A DNA stretch of 63,472 bases, filler included, from Circinaria calcarea (taxonomy: Eukaryota): NCBI GenBank assembly GCA_051942165.1. It is 10 parts of 10 records of this genome, joined end to end, with 100 filler letters (N's around TTAATTAATTAA, not from the genome) between each part and the next. Parts side by side here need not be neighbours in the genome. Positions count along the whole stretch, not along the records: positions 57,223 to 63,472 come from JAVECS010001629.1; 9 more parts are not named here. One strand, given 5' to 3'. Below are positions 63,010 to 63,472 of this stretch, piece after piece. Below the pieces are notes generated by a model that was not told where the DNA came from, did not search any database, and saw only the letters and a program-made list of their open reading frames with translations. The position numbers were made by a program, and so were the translations under genes. Each line of letters begins with the position of its first letter. Position 1 is the first letter of the stretch.

Positions 63010-63472
63010 CAATCAGCCGTCATGAGAGGTAACACTCAAGGATTGACGATGATGTCCACAATGCGATCTCGGCTGCGGAACCGAGAAGTCAGTATGAGGA
63101 AGCAGGTAGGCGACGCCGAGAGTATGGTGAACGAGGAGGGAACGGTCCGGATGGACGATGAAGGTTCCTTGTAAGGGTTCCGCCGGATCATTCTAGGAGT
63201 AAAAAGCATAGACAGAGTACGCCGATGCAATTATTGACCGCCTTCAGTTCTTGGACATGATAGGAATCGCAAATTACTAGAATGAGGATTAGTGATGTAG
63301 AGGCCGAAAGTCGTCCCATCTCATGAGCTCCAGAAATCCATTCGAACCAATGTACCTCTGTAAATCCACTCCTTGAGCATCTTCCGCCCGACTGTCTCCT
63401 GGACCGCCTACTTATGCATTCCAAAAGAAACTCGCCCACTACCCCCTCCTCCCCTTCCTCCCACTCCCCGAC

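Overview
This window is not one locus. It is ten unrelated, size-sorted contigs (6268 down to 6250 bp) joined by artificial 100-nt linkers (N44-TTAATTAATTAA-N44), so adjacency across linkers means nothing. Short GT-AG introns with CTRAC branch points, the gene families and RIP-type mutations point to a filamentous ascomycete (Pezizomycotina); whether all contigs come from one genome is unknown. Contig 1: an intact Ty3/Gypsy chromovirus with both LTR ends, a -1 frameshift signal and an extra antisense ORF with a Zn2Cys6-like cluster and a coiled coil. Contig 2: eIF2B-gamma, Pex22-like protein, Spt20. Contig 3: a RIP-eroded island with an MFS transporter, a SnoaL-like protein and a P450 pseudogene. 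Contig 4: a membrane-anchored lectin-like propeller protein and AFG1. Contig 5: a Ded1/Vasa-like helicase and a large orphan protein. Contig 6: a HAD dehalogenase and a Cys-patterned protein. Contig 7: a LACTB2-like metallo-hydrolase, an oxysterol-binding protein and a secreted protein. Contig 8: a 6.25-kb diverged palindrome with two outward-facing ERG10-type thiolase 5' ends. Contig 9: GH16 and GT2. Contig 10: a heptad-repeat ORF, an SGNH-like membrane protein and pyruvate dehydrogenase kinase. The best candidates for something undescribed are the antisense zinc-cluster gene inside the retrotransposon and the thiolase palindrome. All calls come from reading the sequence; no searches were run.
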